From positions 13,928 to 77,927 of the forward strand of contig CAZGOA010000006.1 of assembly GCA_964527425.1 (NCBI GenBank): DNA of 64,000 nt, given 5' to 3'. Position 1 is the first letter of the stretch. Each line of letters starts with the position of its first letter. The stretch is from an uncultured Gammaproteobacteria bacterium. GTDB lineage: Bacteria; Patescibacteriota; Microgenomatia; UBA10105; UBA927. The translations under genes were made by a program, and so were the position numbers. Below are positions 29,560 through 39,101 of this stretch, in pieces. Under the pieces are notes generated by a model, which was not told where the DNA came from, did no database searches, and worked only from the letters and a program-made list of their open reading frames with translations.

Positions 29560-31107
29560 ATGGCATTTAAAGCAACACGCAAACCAACCGTTAAACGTTC
29601 CTCAACCACAAAATCTGCAAAAGAAGAAGTTGTTGAGTCTCCTGTTGTATCTGTAACTCCGTCTATCGATGATTTTATAGGGGCTCAAAAGTCACAAGAA
29701 CCAGTTGAACAACCAAGTGTTTCCGAGCCTCCTGTAGAGACATTTATTAAATCACAACCAGATGTACAGGTCAGGCCTCAAGAATCTCGCTATGAACGAC
29801 AAGATCGTCCAGATCAGTCTTTCCATGACCAACATCGCTATCAAGGTGGATATCAAGGGAATACCGGTGGAGGATATGGTGGTTATCGCGGGCGATTTGG
29901 AGGATACCGCAGGCCACCTATGAGACGAGATTTTGGTCCATCTGAAAATGGTATGCAGGATATTAATGTACCAACAGAAACAGTTAAGGGTTTGCTTGAT
30001 ATTATGCCTGAAGGGCATGGGTTTTTGAGACCAAAATTTACACCTAGCGATCGAGATGTATATATTTCTCAATCTCAAATAAGAAGATTTTTATTGCGTA
30101 ATGGTGATATGGTACAGGGACAGGCACGAATGCCTAAGGAAAATGAACGATATTGGGGATTATTAAAAGTAGAGACTATTAATGAAAATGCAGCAGAACT
30201 TATGCAGAATAGACCTCGATTTGATGATCTTACAGCGATTTATCCTAATAAATTATTAAAATTGGAGACGGGAACTATACCTTTATCAACCAGAATCATT
30301 GATTTAGTTGCACCTATTGGATTTGGACAACGAGGAATGATTGTATCTCCTCCAAAGGCAGGAAAAACAACTATTATAAAAGAATTAGCAACAGGAATTT
30401 CTGAAAATTTTCCTGATGTTCATCTAATGGCTGCATTAATTGGTGAAAGACCAGAAGAGGTAACAGATATTTCCAGAAGTGTTAAAGGGGAAGTATTGTC
30501 CAGTAATTTTGACGAGTCACCTCAAGAACAAACAAGAATAGCTGAGGTAGCACTTGACAGAGCGAAGCGTTTAGTAGAAATGGGTAAGGATGTTGTTATT
30601 TTGCTTGATTCTATTACCCGACTGGCTCGAGCGTATAATTTGGTTGTTAATCCATCTGGAAGAACGTTATCTGGGGGATTTGATCCAGCCGCATTGTATC
30701 CCGCCAAGAAATTTTTAGGAGCGGCACGTTGTGTTGAAGCTCCACCTGGTCCTGATGGTCAGCCTACGAAAGGTGGATCATTAACAGTTATTGGAACTGC
30801 ACTTGTAGATACGGGTAGTCGTATGGATGATCTTATCTATGAAGAATTTAAAGGGACTGGCAACATGGAATTACATTTGTCACGAAGTCTTCAAGAGCGA
30901 CGAATTTTTCCAGCTATAGATGTAGCTAAATCTGGAACACGTCATGACGAAATTTTATTAGGTGCAGATAATATGCAAAAAGTAACAACGTTACGACATA
31001 TGTTGTCTCTTCTTTCAGAAGAAGAGCGGACAATGATGTTAATTGAAAGACTTAAAAAATCAGAAAATAATCAAGAATTTTTGAATAGCTTAAGTGTTGG
31101 GGTATAA
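29560..31107 (+). CDS. rho: Transcription termination factor Rho with a low-complexity N-terminal insertion
   Basis: 515 aa. The first ~130 aa are S/P/Q-rich with RGG/YGG repeats (GGYQGNTGGGYGGYRGRFGGYRR). A canonical Rho core with Walker A (SPPKAGKTT) and C-terminal motifs follows. Confidence 0.9.
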   Translation: MAFKATRKPTVKRSSTTKSAKEEVVESPVVSVTPSIDDFIGAQKSQEPVEQPSVSEPPVETFIKSQPDVQVRPQESRYERQDRPDQSFHDQHRYQGGYQGNTGGGYGGYRGRFGGYRRPPMRRDFGPSENGMQDINVPTETVKGLLDIMPEGHGFLRPKFTPSDRDVYISQSQIRRFLLRNGDMVQGQARMPKENERYWGLLKVETINENAAELMQNRPRFDDLTAIYPNKLLKLETGTIPLSTRIIDLVAPIGFGQRGMIVSPPKAGKTTIIKELATGISENFPDVHLMAALIGERPEEVTDISRSVKGEVLSSNFDESPQEQTRIAEVALDRAKRLVEMGKDVVILLDSITRLARAYNLVVNPSGRTLSGGFDPAALYPAKKFLGAARCVEAPPGPDGQPTKGGSLTVIGTALVDTGSRMDDLIYEEFKGTGNMELHLSRSLQERRIFPAIDVAKSGTRHDEILLGADNMQKVTTLRHMLSLLSEEERTMMLIERLKKSENNQEFLNSLSVGV

Positions 31108-31116
31108 CATCCCTTC

Positions 31117-31141
31117 AGATTTGCTTCAAAATCTTTTTTTT
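31117..31141 (+). terminator. Possible weak intrinsic terminator after rho
   Basis: A 6-bp AT-rich stem (agattt/aaatct) is followed by a T8 run. The stem is weak, so this may instead be an attenuator or nothing. Confidence 0.25.
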
Positions 31142-31157
31142 GTTAACCTTAAACATC

Positions 31158-32270
31158 ATGGCTCGATTCCGCGCCATAGCCTCTACGTTTGATGAAATAT
31201 CCCGCTGGCGCAAGGGATGGTTTAATTACATCGAACGACACGTCACCACAAGTGCTAAATCTTTTGAACAGCATAAAGACATGGTGGTGGATATCCTCAT
31301 GGCTAGACGTGGGATGTATCAACGTCCCTTTATGCATTTTTCTGTTGGAGTATTGTTTGTTGCGGGTATCGTATCTGGTCCCATATTAGCAGATACATAT
31401 CCTGGTAGAAATAATAGTCAGGTTTTAGATTCATTTGTTCCTCCATCAGCAGTCGTTACTTCGTTAGATTTAACAGAGTATGGTGTAAAAACCCAAGTAT
31501 CAGAAAAACCCCGGGATCAAGTTATTGATTATTCGGTTGAAGAAGGGGATACATTAAGTACTATTGCAAATAAGTTTGGCATATCTACCGATAGTGTGCG
31601 TTGGTCAAATACGCTTAACAGGGATATGTTACAGGTAGGTCAGGTGCTGAAAATACCACCTGTAACCGGAGTTGTACATAAAGTACGAGAAGGTGAAACA
31701 ATTTATTCTATTGCAAAAAGATACGGTACAGAAGCACAAAAAATTGTTAACTATCCGTTTAATGATTTTGCAAATTTGGAAACTTTTGCGTTGAATGTAG
31801 GACAAACTCTTATTGTGCCTGACGGAGAAGTTGCTCCCGTAGCAACACAAAGGCCAACAACTCCTCGTACGGGGAGTACAACTGTTCAACCACCTGTTTC
31901 TGCAGGTGGTTCAGGACAACTTTCATGGCCTGCAGGGGGGCAAATTACACAGTATCCCATTTGGTATCATATGGCTCTTGATATCGCGAATCGTGAAGCT
32001 CCTGGCATTGCTGTTGCTGCAGATGGAGTAGTTACCTCTGTACAGTATCTTAAATATGGTTACGGCCAGCATGTTATTGTTGATCATGGTGGTGGTATGT
32101 CTACGCTATATGCTCATTTATCTGAGATATATGTAAAACCAGGGGATAAGCTCTCTAGAGGGCAAATACTTGGTAAAATGGGTTCAACAGGCAGATCTAC
32201 TGGCATACATTTACATTTTGAAGTGAGAATAAATGGGGTAGCGAAGAGTCCGTTAGGATACTTAAAATAG
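31158..32270 (+). CDS. LysM-domain and M23 (LytM-type) peptidase
   Basis: There is one TM anchor and two LysM repeats (DTLSTIANKFGIS...LKIP and ETIYSIAKRYGT...LIVP). A P/T-rich linker precedes the M23 domain with HxH (GIHLHFEV). The ORF-track start at 31140 is a TTG, so the ATG at 31158 is preferred. Confidence 0.8.
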   Translation: MARFRAIASTFDEISRWRKGWFNYIERHVTTSAKSFEQHKDMVVDILMARRGMYQRPFMHFSVGVLFVAGIVSGPILADTYPGRNNSQVLDSFVPPSAVVTSLDLTEYGVKTQVSEKPRDQVIDYSVEEGDTLSTIANKFGISTDSVRWSNTLNRDMLQVGQVLKIPPVTGVVHKVREGETIYSIAKRYGTEAQKIVNYPFNDFANLETFALNVGQTLIVPDGEVAPVATQRPTTPRTGSTTVQPPVSAGGSGQLSWPAGGQITQYPIWYHMALDIANREAPGIAVAADGVVTSVQYLKYGYGQHVIVDHGGGMSTLYAHLSEIYVKPGDKLSRGQILGKMGSTGRSTGIHLHFEVRINGVAKSPLGYLK

Positions 32271-32395
32271 ATAGGTAAAAATAGTGTGCTGCTTTTTGTG
32301 CTCCATCTGTTTAACACAGTGAGTATTAGGTATAATACAATATTATCTAAAGGGATTCGGTGTTCTATTTACGTCTGCACCACGCCTAAAAAATT

Positions 32396-32466
32396 GGGCC
32401 GTTAGTACAGTGGTAATACACCGCATTCGCATTGCGGATACGGGAGTTCGATTCTCCCACGGTCCA
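32396..32466 (+). tRNA. tRNA-Ala (anticodon CGC)
   Basis: The cloverleaf was folded by hand. Acceptor stem GGGCCGT/ACGGTCC carries the G3:U70 Ala identity pair. Anticodon stem CCGCA/TGCGG encloses loop TTCGCAT. T-arm GGGAG-TTCGATT-CTCCC. No encoded CCA. Confidence 0.8.
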
Positions 32467-32504
32467 CATAGTTACAGTATTAAGTAACGGATTATTTTGC
32501 AAAC

Positions 32505-32575
32505 GGGCCCGTAGTACACCGGTAGTATAACTCCATGGCATGGAGTAGAAAGGGGTTCGATTCCCCTCGGGTCCA
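32505..32575 (+). tRNA. tRNA-Ala (anticodon GGC)
   Basis: Acceptor stem GGGCCCG/CGGGTCC carries G3:U70. Anticodon stem ACTCC/GGAGT encloses loop ATGGCAT. T-arm AGGGG-TTCGATT-CCCCT. No encoded CCA. Confidence 0.8.
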
Positions 32576-32616
32576 CAACAATTCATGTGTCAGGGTAAAT
32601 TGTATTAAGAGAAGCG

Positions 32617-32838
32617 TTATCTGCCTGTAGAATATCCAGCAACTGTTGGAATGCCGCTATTTAATTCTGCATTAATGTAATTACCGACAATCACTCCAAC
32701 GCCTAACATAATTGCAAAAAGCACTAAAAACACCCAACTTCTTACTAAAATAACATATTTATCATCTTTTGATTGTCTTCGAACAGAAGATTGTCGTGTA
32801 CTATGAGTTTTTTTCTTTGGAGCTACTTTCTTTTTCAT
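32617..32838 (-). CDS. Small single-TM protein with a basic N-terminus
   Basis: 73 aa. A K/R-rich N-terminus is followed by one TM helix. It lies immediately downstream of the YfhO-like gene on the same strand. Confidence 0.35.
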   Translation of the reverse strand: MKKKVAPKKKTHSTRQSSVRRQSKDDKYVILVRSWVFLVLFAIMLGVGVIVGNYINAELNSGIPTVAGYSTGR

Positions 32839-32872
32839 ATATATCTAGTGTTCTCGATTTCAGTTGTTTTTG

Positions 32873-35392
32873 TCAAGAGGATTTTTTTGAAACATATCTT
32901 TTTATGCATATAAAAGTAAGTGCACTCATGCCTAATACCATGAGAAATAATTTTTGTTTAGAGGGTTCATAACGAACTTCTAATACAGCATCTTTGAGAT
33001 TAGAAACAGGCACTCCAATATAAAAAGGGAATACTGTTATTTTGTTTACTTTCTTACCATTGATGTAGGTATGCCAATTAGGATGGTCAGTGACTTTCAG
33101 TATAGCCAAACATTGGTTGCAATCCTCAGGTGCTGAGATTACGGTTTTATACATCATGTCTGCATTTACTGATTCTGGTCCGACGAGTTGCACACGTGAC
33201 GCTGGAGATTCATAGGTGGGTGTTTTATCAAATAGACTTATGTGTTCTCCTCCTCGAATTGAGTAGGTACTTTCATCAACCATTTGAAAATTTGGCAGTG
33301 TATGTGTTGCTGATTCTGCATACTTAAACGTAAGTTGAGGAAATATCTTATTTTTGACGTTATCTGACTGAAGCCATAATCGAATAACGTTTATAAAATG
33401 CTGTTTTTCACTATACACTACTGCTGCATGACTTCCAGTTGTAAAGTAACCCGAAGTTGGTACTGAATACAGTGTCCATGAATTGGTTTCATTGATTTTC
33501 TCCCAGAATGGTTTAGCTTCTATATCTTTTGTGGTAACTACATATCTTACATTCATTAAATCATAATGTTCTGCCCAATCTTCAATAAAGAATTGTTCTA
33601 CGTCTGAATTGGGGGACCATGTTTCTGGCAACCAAAGAATAACAGGAAGGCCATACGTTGAAAGATGCATAAAGTACGTGGTTTCTGCTATTTCTAGATC
33701 TTTTCCCCATGTACCACCACGTCCGGTGAATACTCTACCTGGTTTAAGTTCTCTTATTGTAGAGAATAATAGTTCTACATCTTCGTTTTGTTTAATAAAA
33801 TTATCATTACCTCTATTTATTAAAATATCGTTGAAATTTGCATACCGATAGGTTTGAGGATAGGCTAAGACACTTACCAATACTGCAACCAATAATATGC
33901 TCATTGAAAAAAGAACTGTTGAGTTTATTGAAATCTTCTGTATTAATTTGGAATCCTGGGTCGCTTGATCTTCAAATAGCTCTGCTGATTTTTGAAGTAA
34001 AGAAATACTTTTATGTATTGCTTGAGTAATAATAGATGAAAGCCACCAACAACCAATAGGAATAAGAAAAAATCCTGATAAATGAATACCAACAATAAAT
34101 CGTGATTGATGGAATTCTTTCATGCCTGGGAATAGATCAATTAAACCACCCCACGTAGTTCGACCAAAAAAAAGTACAAACCAAAAAAGAAAGAGGAACG
34201 ATAAAGGATATAACAGGATGTTATCCTTGTTATTACTAAATTGTTTACTAAGACGGGATAGTGAAAATGTAGAAAAACCTCCAATTAATACTAAAACAGT
34301 TAACACAGGAATTCTTCCAAAATCGAAGTGATGACCATTTATCAGCTGTATGACGACTTCTTTCCATCCCCATGAATTAAATTTCCATACCGGGTCCCAA
34401 AATGAAATATTGTGATAATTATCCTGCAGAAGAACTGGAACAATCCAATAACTCAAGATGAGTATCGTTGGTCCCGCAAGTAGTAATAACTTAAAAATAT
34501 TTGATATAAATGTGTCTCGTATTTCTTTCAAAGGCTTTTTTTCTAGTAATGCAAGAAATGTAGGAGATATAGCTACTATTCCTACGGACATTATTGTCAT
34601 AAGTCCTAATCCTAAATGTCCCATTATTGAAAGGGTTAAAAATAGTACTGCTGGTAAAAAGTTGTGTCTACATGAAAATGATAGAAGTGTAGATTTAAAT
34701 GAGTGAAATGTTAGATGTAAGGAGGGATTGTATTCTTGAAAAAAACGCAGCGCGTATGCAATTGCCAAAGGCATAAACATCATTGCGAATAATTGACTCG
34801 AAAGACCAAAACCTCTCCATAGAAACGACGATGGATCCAATCCATACAGTCCGTCCGTTGAAATATGACTTGCAATCAGGGCGCCAATGCCGCTTATTAA
34901 CCAAGGTAGTTTAATGACACGTAATGCTAAAAAGACAGAAATAGGGAATAAACAAAGTAATATATAGATAACAACATGATAATACGCAAATAGTGTTGTT
35001 TGATATGTATCTGTCATGCTATCCGTAACAGTTGTTTCAGTTATTGAATTAATAACTGGCAGTAATCTTATTGTTTTAAAAAGTCTGTATGTGGCTACTA
35101 TTGTTATTTGCGGAGCGTGTGAATAGTAAAAAGGAAGACTATACCCCTGTGCCCAATTGGGAACATTATGATCCACCAGGTATCCAACAAAACAGAGAGG
35201 AAATAACGGATTTTTGGGACACTGTTTGGCTGCAAAGTCCCACATTTCATTCGTTCTGTGCACTAGTGCATATTGAAATGGATTATCATTTGGATCAATT
35301 TTTGCGGTAGGTTCTAAACGATATAGCCATAGATTATAACTTACGGCAAATAGTACCATACAGACTGCAACAATTTTTTTAATCGATTTCAT
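32873..35392 (-). CDS. YfhO-like large polytopic membrane protein (GT-C candidate)
   Basis: 839 aa. It has many TM helices, a large C-terminal extracytoplasmic domain and a final C-terminal TM anchor. The C-terminal signature NWHTYINGKKV...ITVFPFYIGVPV...VEVRYEP resembles the conserved YfhO-family C-terminal motif. Confidence 0.5.
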   Translation of the reverse strand: MKSIKKIVAVCMVLFAVSYNLWLYRLEPTAKIDPNDNPFQYALVHRTNEMWDFAAKQCPKNPLFPLCFVGYLVDHNVPNWAQGYSLPFYYSHAPQITIVATYRLFKTIRLLPVINSITETTVTDSMTDTYQTTLFAYYHVVIYILLCLFPISVFLALRVIKLPWLISGIGALIASHISTDGLYGLDPSSFLWRGFGLSSQLFAMMFMPLAIAYALRFFQEYNPSLHLTFHSFKSTLLSFSCRHNFLPAVLFLTLSIMGHLGLGLMTIMSVGIVAISPTFLALLEKKPLKEIRDTFISNIFKLLLLAGPTILILSYWIVPVLLQDNYHNISFWDPVWKFNSWGWKEVVIQLINGHHFDFGRIPVLTVLVLIGGFSTFSLSRLSKQFSNNKDNILLYPLSFLFLFWFVLFFGRTTWGGLIDLFPGMKEFHQSRFIVGIHLSGFFLIPIGCWWLSSIITQAIHKSISLLQKSAELFEDQATQDSKLIQKISINSTVLFSMSILLVAVLVSVLAYPQTYRYANFNDILINRGNDNFIKQNEDVELLFSTIRELKPGRVFTGRGGTWGKDLEIAETTYFMHLSTYGLPVILWLPETWSPNSDVEQFFIEDWAEHYDLMNVRYVVTTKDIEAKPFWEKINETNSWTLYSVPTSGYFTTGSHAAVVYSEKQHFINVIRLWLQSDNVKNKIFPQLTFKYAESATHTLPNFQMVDESTYSIRGGEHISLFDKTPTYESPASRVQLVGPESVNADMMYKTVISAPEDCNQCLAILKVTDHPNWHTYINGKKVNKITVFPFYIGVPVSNLKDAVLEVRYEPSKQKLFLMVLGMSALTFICIKRYVSKKSS

Positions 35393-35397
35393 ACGTA

Positions 35398-37314
35398 TTA
35401 ATTATTGTATAGTTTTGGATTTAACCAATTGGTGTGATCATCTCTATTACTATCTCCTGCATCTTTCGTGATTAGAGTGAGTGTTTTAACTCCAACTACA
35501 GAAACCTTTGCGTGTTTTGGCAAATCAAATCTTCCCATTTTTTCAGAGATAAATAGAGGCTTGTTATCACCCCAAATTTCAAAAATAGCACTTGCACCAG
35601 TTCCTGCTGTAGTATCAATTCCAAAGTCAGTAGAAAATTGATCAAATTTCTGGGCTAAGTCATACCGTATTTCACTATTGGCATGAGTACCAATACCTTT
35701 TTTATAAAAGACATACTGTGTAGATAACCAAGTCCATGATTTTGGATCATATCCACCATTTACTGGCATATCTTTAACACGTTTTCCGAATTGCTGACTA
35801 CTATACCATGGTGTAAATGAACTTAATGGAATAGGTTTTTTAGTGATATAGGAAAGATTTGCAGAAGTAATCATAACAATAAATAATAAACCAGAGAGAA
35901 GGAAAGGAAAAAAAGTAATAGTTTTTCGAAAGAATAGTAAGAAAAGTATAAAACTGGTCATAAACATAAACGATACTGTCATAGTTGGAAAAGGAGTTAA
36001 AAACCATCCTTGTAAGATTTGAAATGTATTCGCAGGGTAATTAGCGGCAAACGCAGAGTGTAAGTTATAAAAATACAATACAGAGAGAATTACGTAACTC
36101 ATAATGAATATTGTTCTTCTTTTGTGTTCTAAAAAGGGAACAATGAATAAGAGAAACGCAGTTAGGGGATATGCGTAACGCTCATGTGATTGGGTAAGCA
36201 GCAAGAAAAACCCAGCATTAACTACTGAAAGTCCAATAAAAAAACGAAGAGTATTGTTTTTATCAAGATACTGATCCTCAGGTTGATCTTCAGAGTTTGT
36301 AAGTTTTTTTCCAATCAATATTGAGAATATGGTGGGATAAATAATTGATGTGATAGCCAGTAAATAGCTTGAAGAAAAGAGCATAACACCTAAATTATGT
36401 GCCGTTGTAATACCAATGGAAAGTAATTTATCTGATACTCCCATTCCATCTCCCTGGGCTGCAATCCACCACATGTTATACGCATGTAATGACATATAAG
36501 GAAAATAATCATAGTTATCAACAAGAGATCCAATTATGCGAGAACGGTTATTTGATACAAAGAATTCAATATTTAATCCTACAAAACCCGTAATTGCTCC
36601 CAAGAGTGAAACTAATACGTTTTTAAAACCATATTGCTGCCATATAAACGTAAACAATAATGGTCCATAAATCATATTTTGAAGTTTTGTCATCATCGCA
36701 AGCATAAAAATAAATCCAGCGATAAAAAGTTTTTTGCGGGCTATTGCGGCGAATGAGAGGAGAAAAAATATTACTCCCAGACTGTCTACTTGTCCCCACC
36801 ACGCACTATCCATGACAGTGACAGGATTCAGTAGAAATAAGGCAGCCATAACAAAAAATAACTGTTTACTAGAAAGATCAAATAGTGTTAACAATGTCCT
36901 TTTTTTCTTTTTTAGCTGTTCGGGAAATCCAAATTTTGCTGGGTTATTACCAATAAACAGTATTAGTGCTGCAATCCCAAAATCAGCGAGTATGGCAGGA
37001 ATTTTTGAAGCAAAAAGAAATCGGATATTCGTATTTGACCAGTATTGTTCAAAGTTATGAGGATCACCCCCGAGTATTCTGTACAGTGAAACCATTCCAC
37101 CTAGTGTATAAGCAAATGGAGTAGGATAATTATTATTTGTATTTAATATACTCCATACAGCACCTTTGTCAGCAGCAGCCAAACCCCAACCTTTCCAGAA
37201 AGCTACATCTGCTTCAAAACCAGGATTTGGGATAAAGGCTAGCCTTAGAATAAATGCAAGGGTAAAAAGAATAATAACCGGTAGATTTTTTTTCATACGA
37301 TACAATTTATTCAT
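35398..37314 (-). CDS. Polytopic membrane protein (GT-C-like) with a C-terminal NPCBM-like carbohydrate-binding domain
   Basis: 638 aa. The N-terminal loop is GFEADVAFWKGWG. After the last TM, the ~110-aa tail has GIGTHANSEIRYDL...GIDTTAG...AIFEIWGDNKPLF...VSVVGVKTLTLITKDAGDSNRDDHTNW, matching the NPCBM/NEW2 consensus as remembered. Confidence 0.5.
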   Translation of the reverse strand: MNKLYRMKKNLPVIILFTLAFILRLAFIPNPGFEADVAFWKGWGLAAADKGAVWSILNTNNNYPTPFAYTLGGMVSLYRILGGDPHNFEQYWSNTNIRFLFASKIPAILADFGIAALILFIGNNPAKFGFPEQLKKKKRTLLTLFDLSSKQLFFVMAALFLLNPVTVMDSAWWGQVDSLGVIFFLLSFAAIARKKLFIAGFIFMLAMMTKLQNMIYGPLLFTFIWQQYGFKNVLVSLLGAITGFVGLNIEFFVSNNRSRIIGSLVDNYDYFPYMSLHAYNMWWIAAQGDGMGVSDKLLSIGITTAHNLGVMLFSSSYLLAITSIIYPTIFSILIGKKLTNSEDQPEDQYLDKNNTLRFFIGLSVVNAGFFLLLTQSHERYAYPLTAFLLFIVPFLEHKRRTIFIMSYVILSVLYFYNLHSAFAANYPANTFQILQGWFLTPFPTMTVSFMFMTSFILFLLFFRKTITFFPFLLSGLLFIVMITSANLSYITKKPIPLSSFTPWYSSQQFGKRVKDMPVNGGYDPKSWTWLSTQYVFYKKGIGTHANSEIRYDLAQKFDQFSTDFGIDTTAGTGASAIFEIWGDNKPLFISEKMGRFDLPKHAKVSVVGVKTLTLITKDAGDSNRDDHTNWLNPKLYNN

Positions 37315-37339
37315 TCTAGCAAATTCATGAAACCAGATG

Positions 37340-39067
37340 TCATCTATCTAATTGGATTATGACTTCAGTAACTGAGTCAGGAATTTCTATCGGATAATTG
37401 CCTGTTTTTAAAAACTTAGTTTCGTTGTCCATCACGTTTTCTCCATTAACAGTAATTGATTGATTTGGAGGAGTTGTTTGCAGTTTATAGGTCTCTTCAA
37501 TAACAACAGGAAGAATGTTCGGATCAAATTGACTTAATAGTCCTCCTTCGTAGTTAGTTCTGGCACATACTCCTTGATTACATGTATATCTGTATCCAAC
37601 ACTATATATTTTTTTATATGGACTTTGAAGATAGTTTGATCGAATAAACGATAAATGTGGTTCAGGAACTAACCAAAATGCATAGCCACTTCTATCTAAA
37701 ACGATAAATTTGGTTTTATTTTGAATTAATGATTCTGTTAGTGGGGGAGGGAGTGGTTTAATCGTTTGAATAAAATTTGCGAATCGATGACAACACAGTA
37801 CATATCCAGGTGGTCGGTAAATATATGATCCAGTCATATCATAGACAGTTTCATTAGATTTAATGTGTGCTACGACATCTCTAATAACTTGCATTTGCTC
37901 TTGACTACTATTTTCCGGAAGTACACGACTTTTGAATTGTTCATAAAATGATACGAAAGAGAGTAAACAAACGAAGAAAAGTATTATTACATTGGTATTC
38001 TTAAATCGAAAAAGGCGGATACTATATCCGACAAATATAGCAGCAGGTATTGAGCCGATCATCATGACAGGTACAAAATATTGAACAAATGGTGTAGGAA
38101 ACAGGATTAGATATGATACAGCCCCTGAAATGAATAAGGAAAAAAACCAAAAGGCTTTCCATCTCTTGTCAATTGCAAGCAGTAACGTTCCTCCGATCAT
38201 TGCAAACAGTAAAAACGTATTATACGCCCAGGGGATACTTGGTCCCTCATAGGCAACATAGACAAATTGCCAGGGGGTTAAGGCTAAAAATGGAGAAAAT
38301 TTAATGATCTGAAGAGCATAAATATCTTTTGTTGTTCTTATAATAGCGTCCAATCCGATTAGTAACGCACCATTTATTATTAAGTAGAGTAAGAATATGA
38401 CAACAGGTACGCTGCCTCCGAGGATAAAGAAAGCCCATTGCTTCAGTGGTAACGCTGAAATTTTTTTGGTTTTAATCAATCGAAGCAGAGGAGTATAGAT
38501 TAGTAAAAAACCTAACGCTGGAATTGCAAATATCATTTTTTGAAATGTCATCATTGATAATCCAAGCATTAAACCAGATATAAACAATGTTTTAGAGGTA
38601 TGAGGTAAAACAAATAACATCCAAGTAGAAATAATAAAAAATAACACCATTAATACGTCAGGCCTTACTTCTATCCCTTTATCAATCATAATTGGGGAAA
38701 CAATGAGAAAAAGTACAGTTAATAATGCAGATATCTTATGTTTCGTTAAAGAACGTGTTAAATGATAGAGAAGTACTGCGCAAAGACTAAATAGAACAAA
38801 CATGATAATACGAGAAAAAATGATAGCGGCTGGTGAATGTGGAAGTAAAAAAATAGGTAATAAGAACCATTGAAAAAAAGGAATATGATAAATAAAAAAA
38901 TCTTTATACGGAACTTGGCCGATAACAAAATGATATGCCCAGTGTATATGCGCAAACTCGTCAGGGTCAAAATACCGATATATCGATAGATATAACCGCA
39001 TCAATCCCGTTATGCCAATAGAAAAAAGAAGCAATAATCGTAGTAATAAAGATTGACTCATCTTCAT
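37340..39067 (-). CDS. GT-C-fold polytopic membrane glycosyltransferase candidate (PMT_2/ArnT-like)
   Basis: 575 aa. TM1 is followed by YRYFDPDEFAHIHWAYHF, a DE motif in loop 1. There are more than 11 TM helices and a C-terminal soluble ~150 aa. Confidence 0.55.
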   Translation of the reverse strand: MKMSQSLLLRLLLLFSIGITGLMRLYLSIYRYFDPDEFAHIHWAYHFVIGQVPYKDFFIYHIPFFQWFLLPIFLLPHSPAAIIFSRIIMFVLFSLCAVLLYHLTRSLTKHKISALLTVLFLIVSPIMIDKGIEVRPDVLMVLFFIISTWMLFVLPHTSKTLFISGLMLGLSMMTFQKMIFAIPALGFLLIYTPLLRLIKTKKISALPLKQWAFFILGGSVPVVIFLLYLIINGALLIGLDAIIRTTKDIYALQIIKFSPFLALTPWQFVYVAYEGPSIPWAYNTFLLFAMIGGTLLLAIDKRWKAFWFFSLFISGAVSYLILFPTPFVQYFVPVMMIGSIPAAIFVGYSIRLFRFKNTNVIILFFVCLLSFVSFYEQFKSRVLPENSSQEQMQVIRDVVAHIKSNETVYDMTGSYIYRPPGYVLCCHRFANFIQTIKPLPPPLTESLIQNKTKFIVLDRSGYAFWLVPEPHLSFIRSNYLQSPYKKIYSVGYRYTCNQGVCARTNYEGGLLSQFDPNILPVVIEETYKLQTTPPNQSITVNGENVMDNETKFLKTGNYPIEIPDSVTEVIIQLDR

Positions 39068-39101
39068 GGTAATGTATTAACACAACATGTCTGAACCATG
39101 G

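Noticed and set aside
32386-32586. 66-aa ORF on the minus strand spanning both tRNA-Ala genes
   Set aside because: The region folds into two canonical tRNA cloverleaves on the plus strand. The ORF is an artefact of the GC-rich tRNA sequence.
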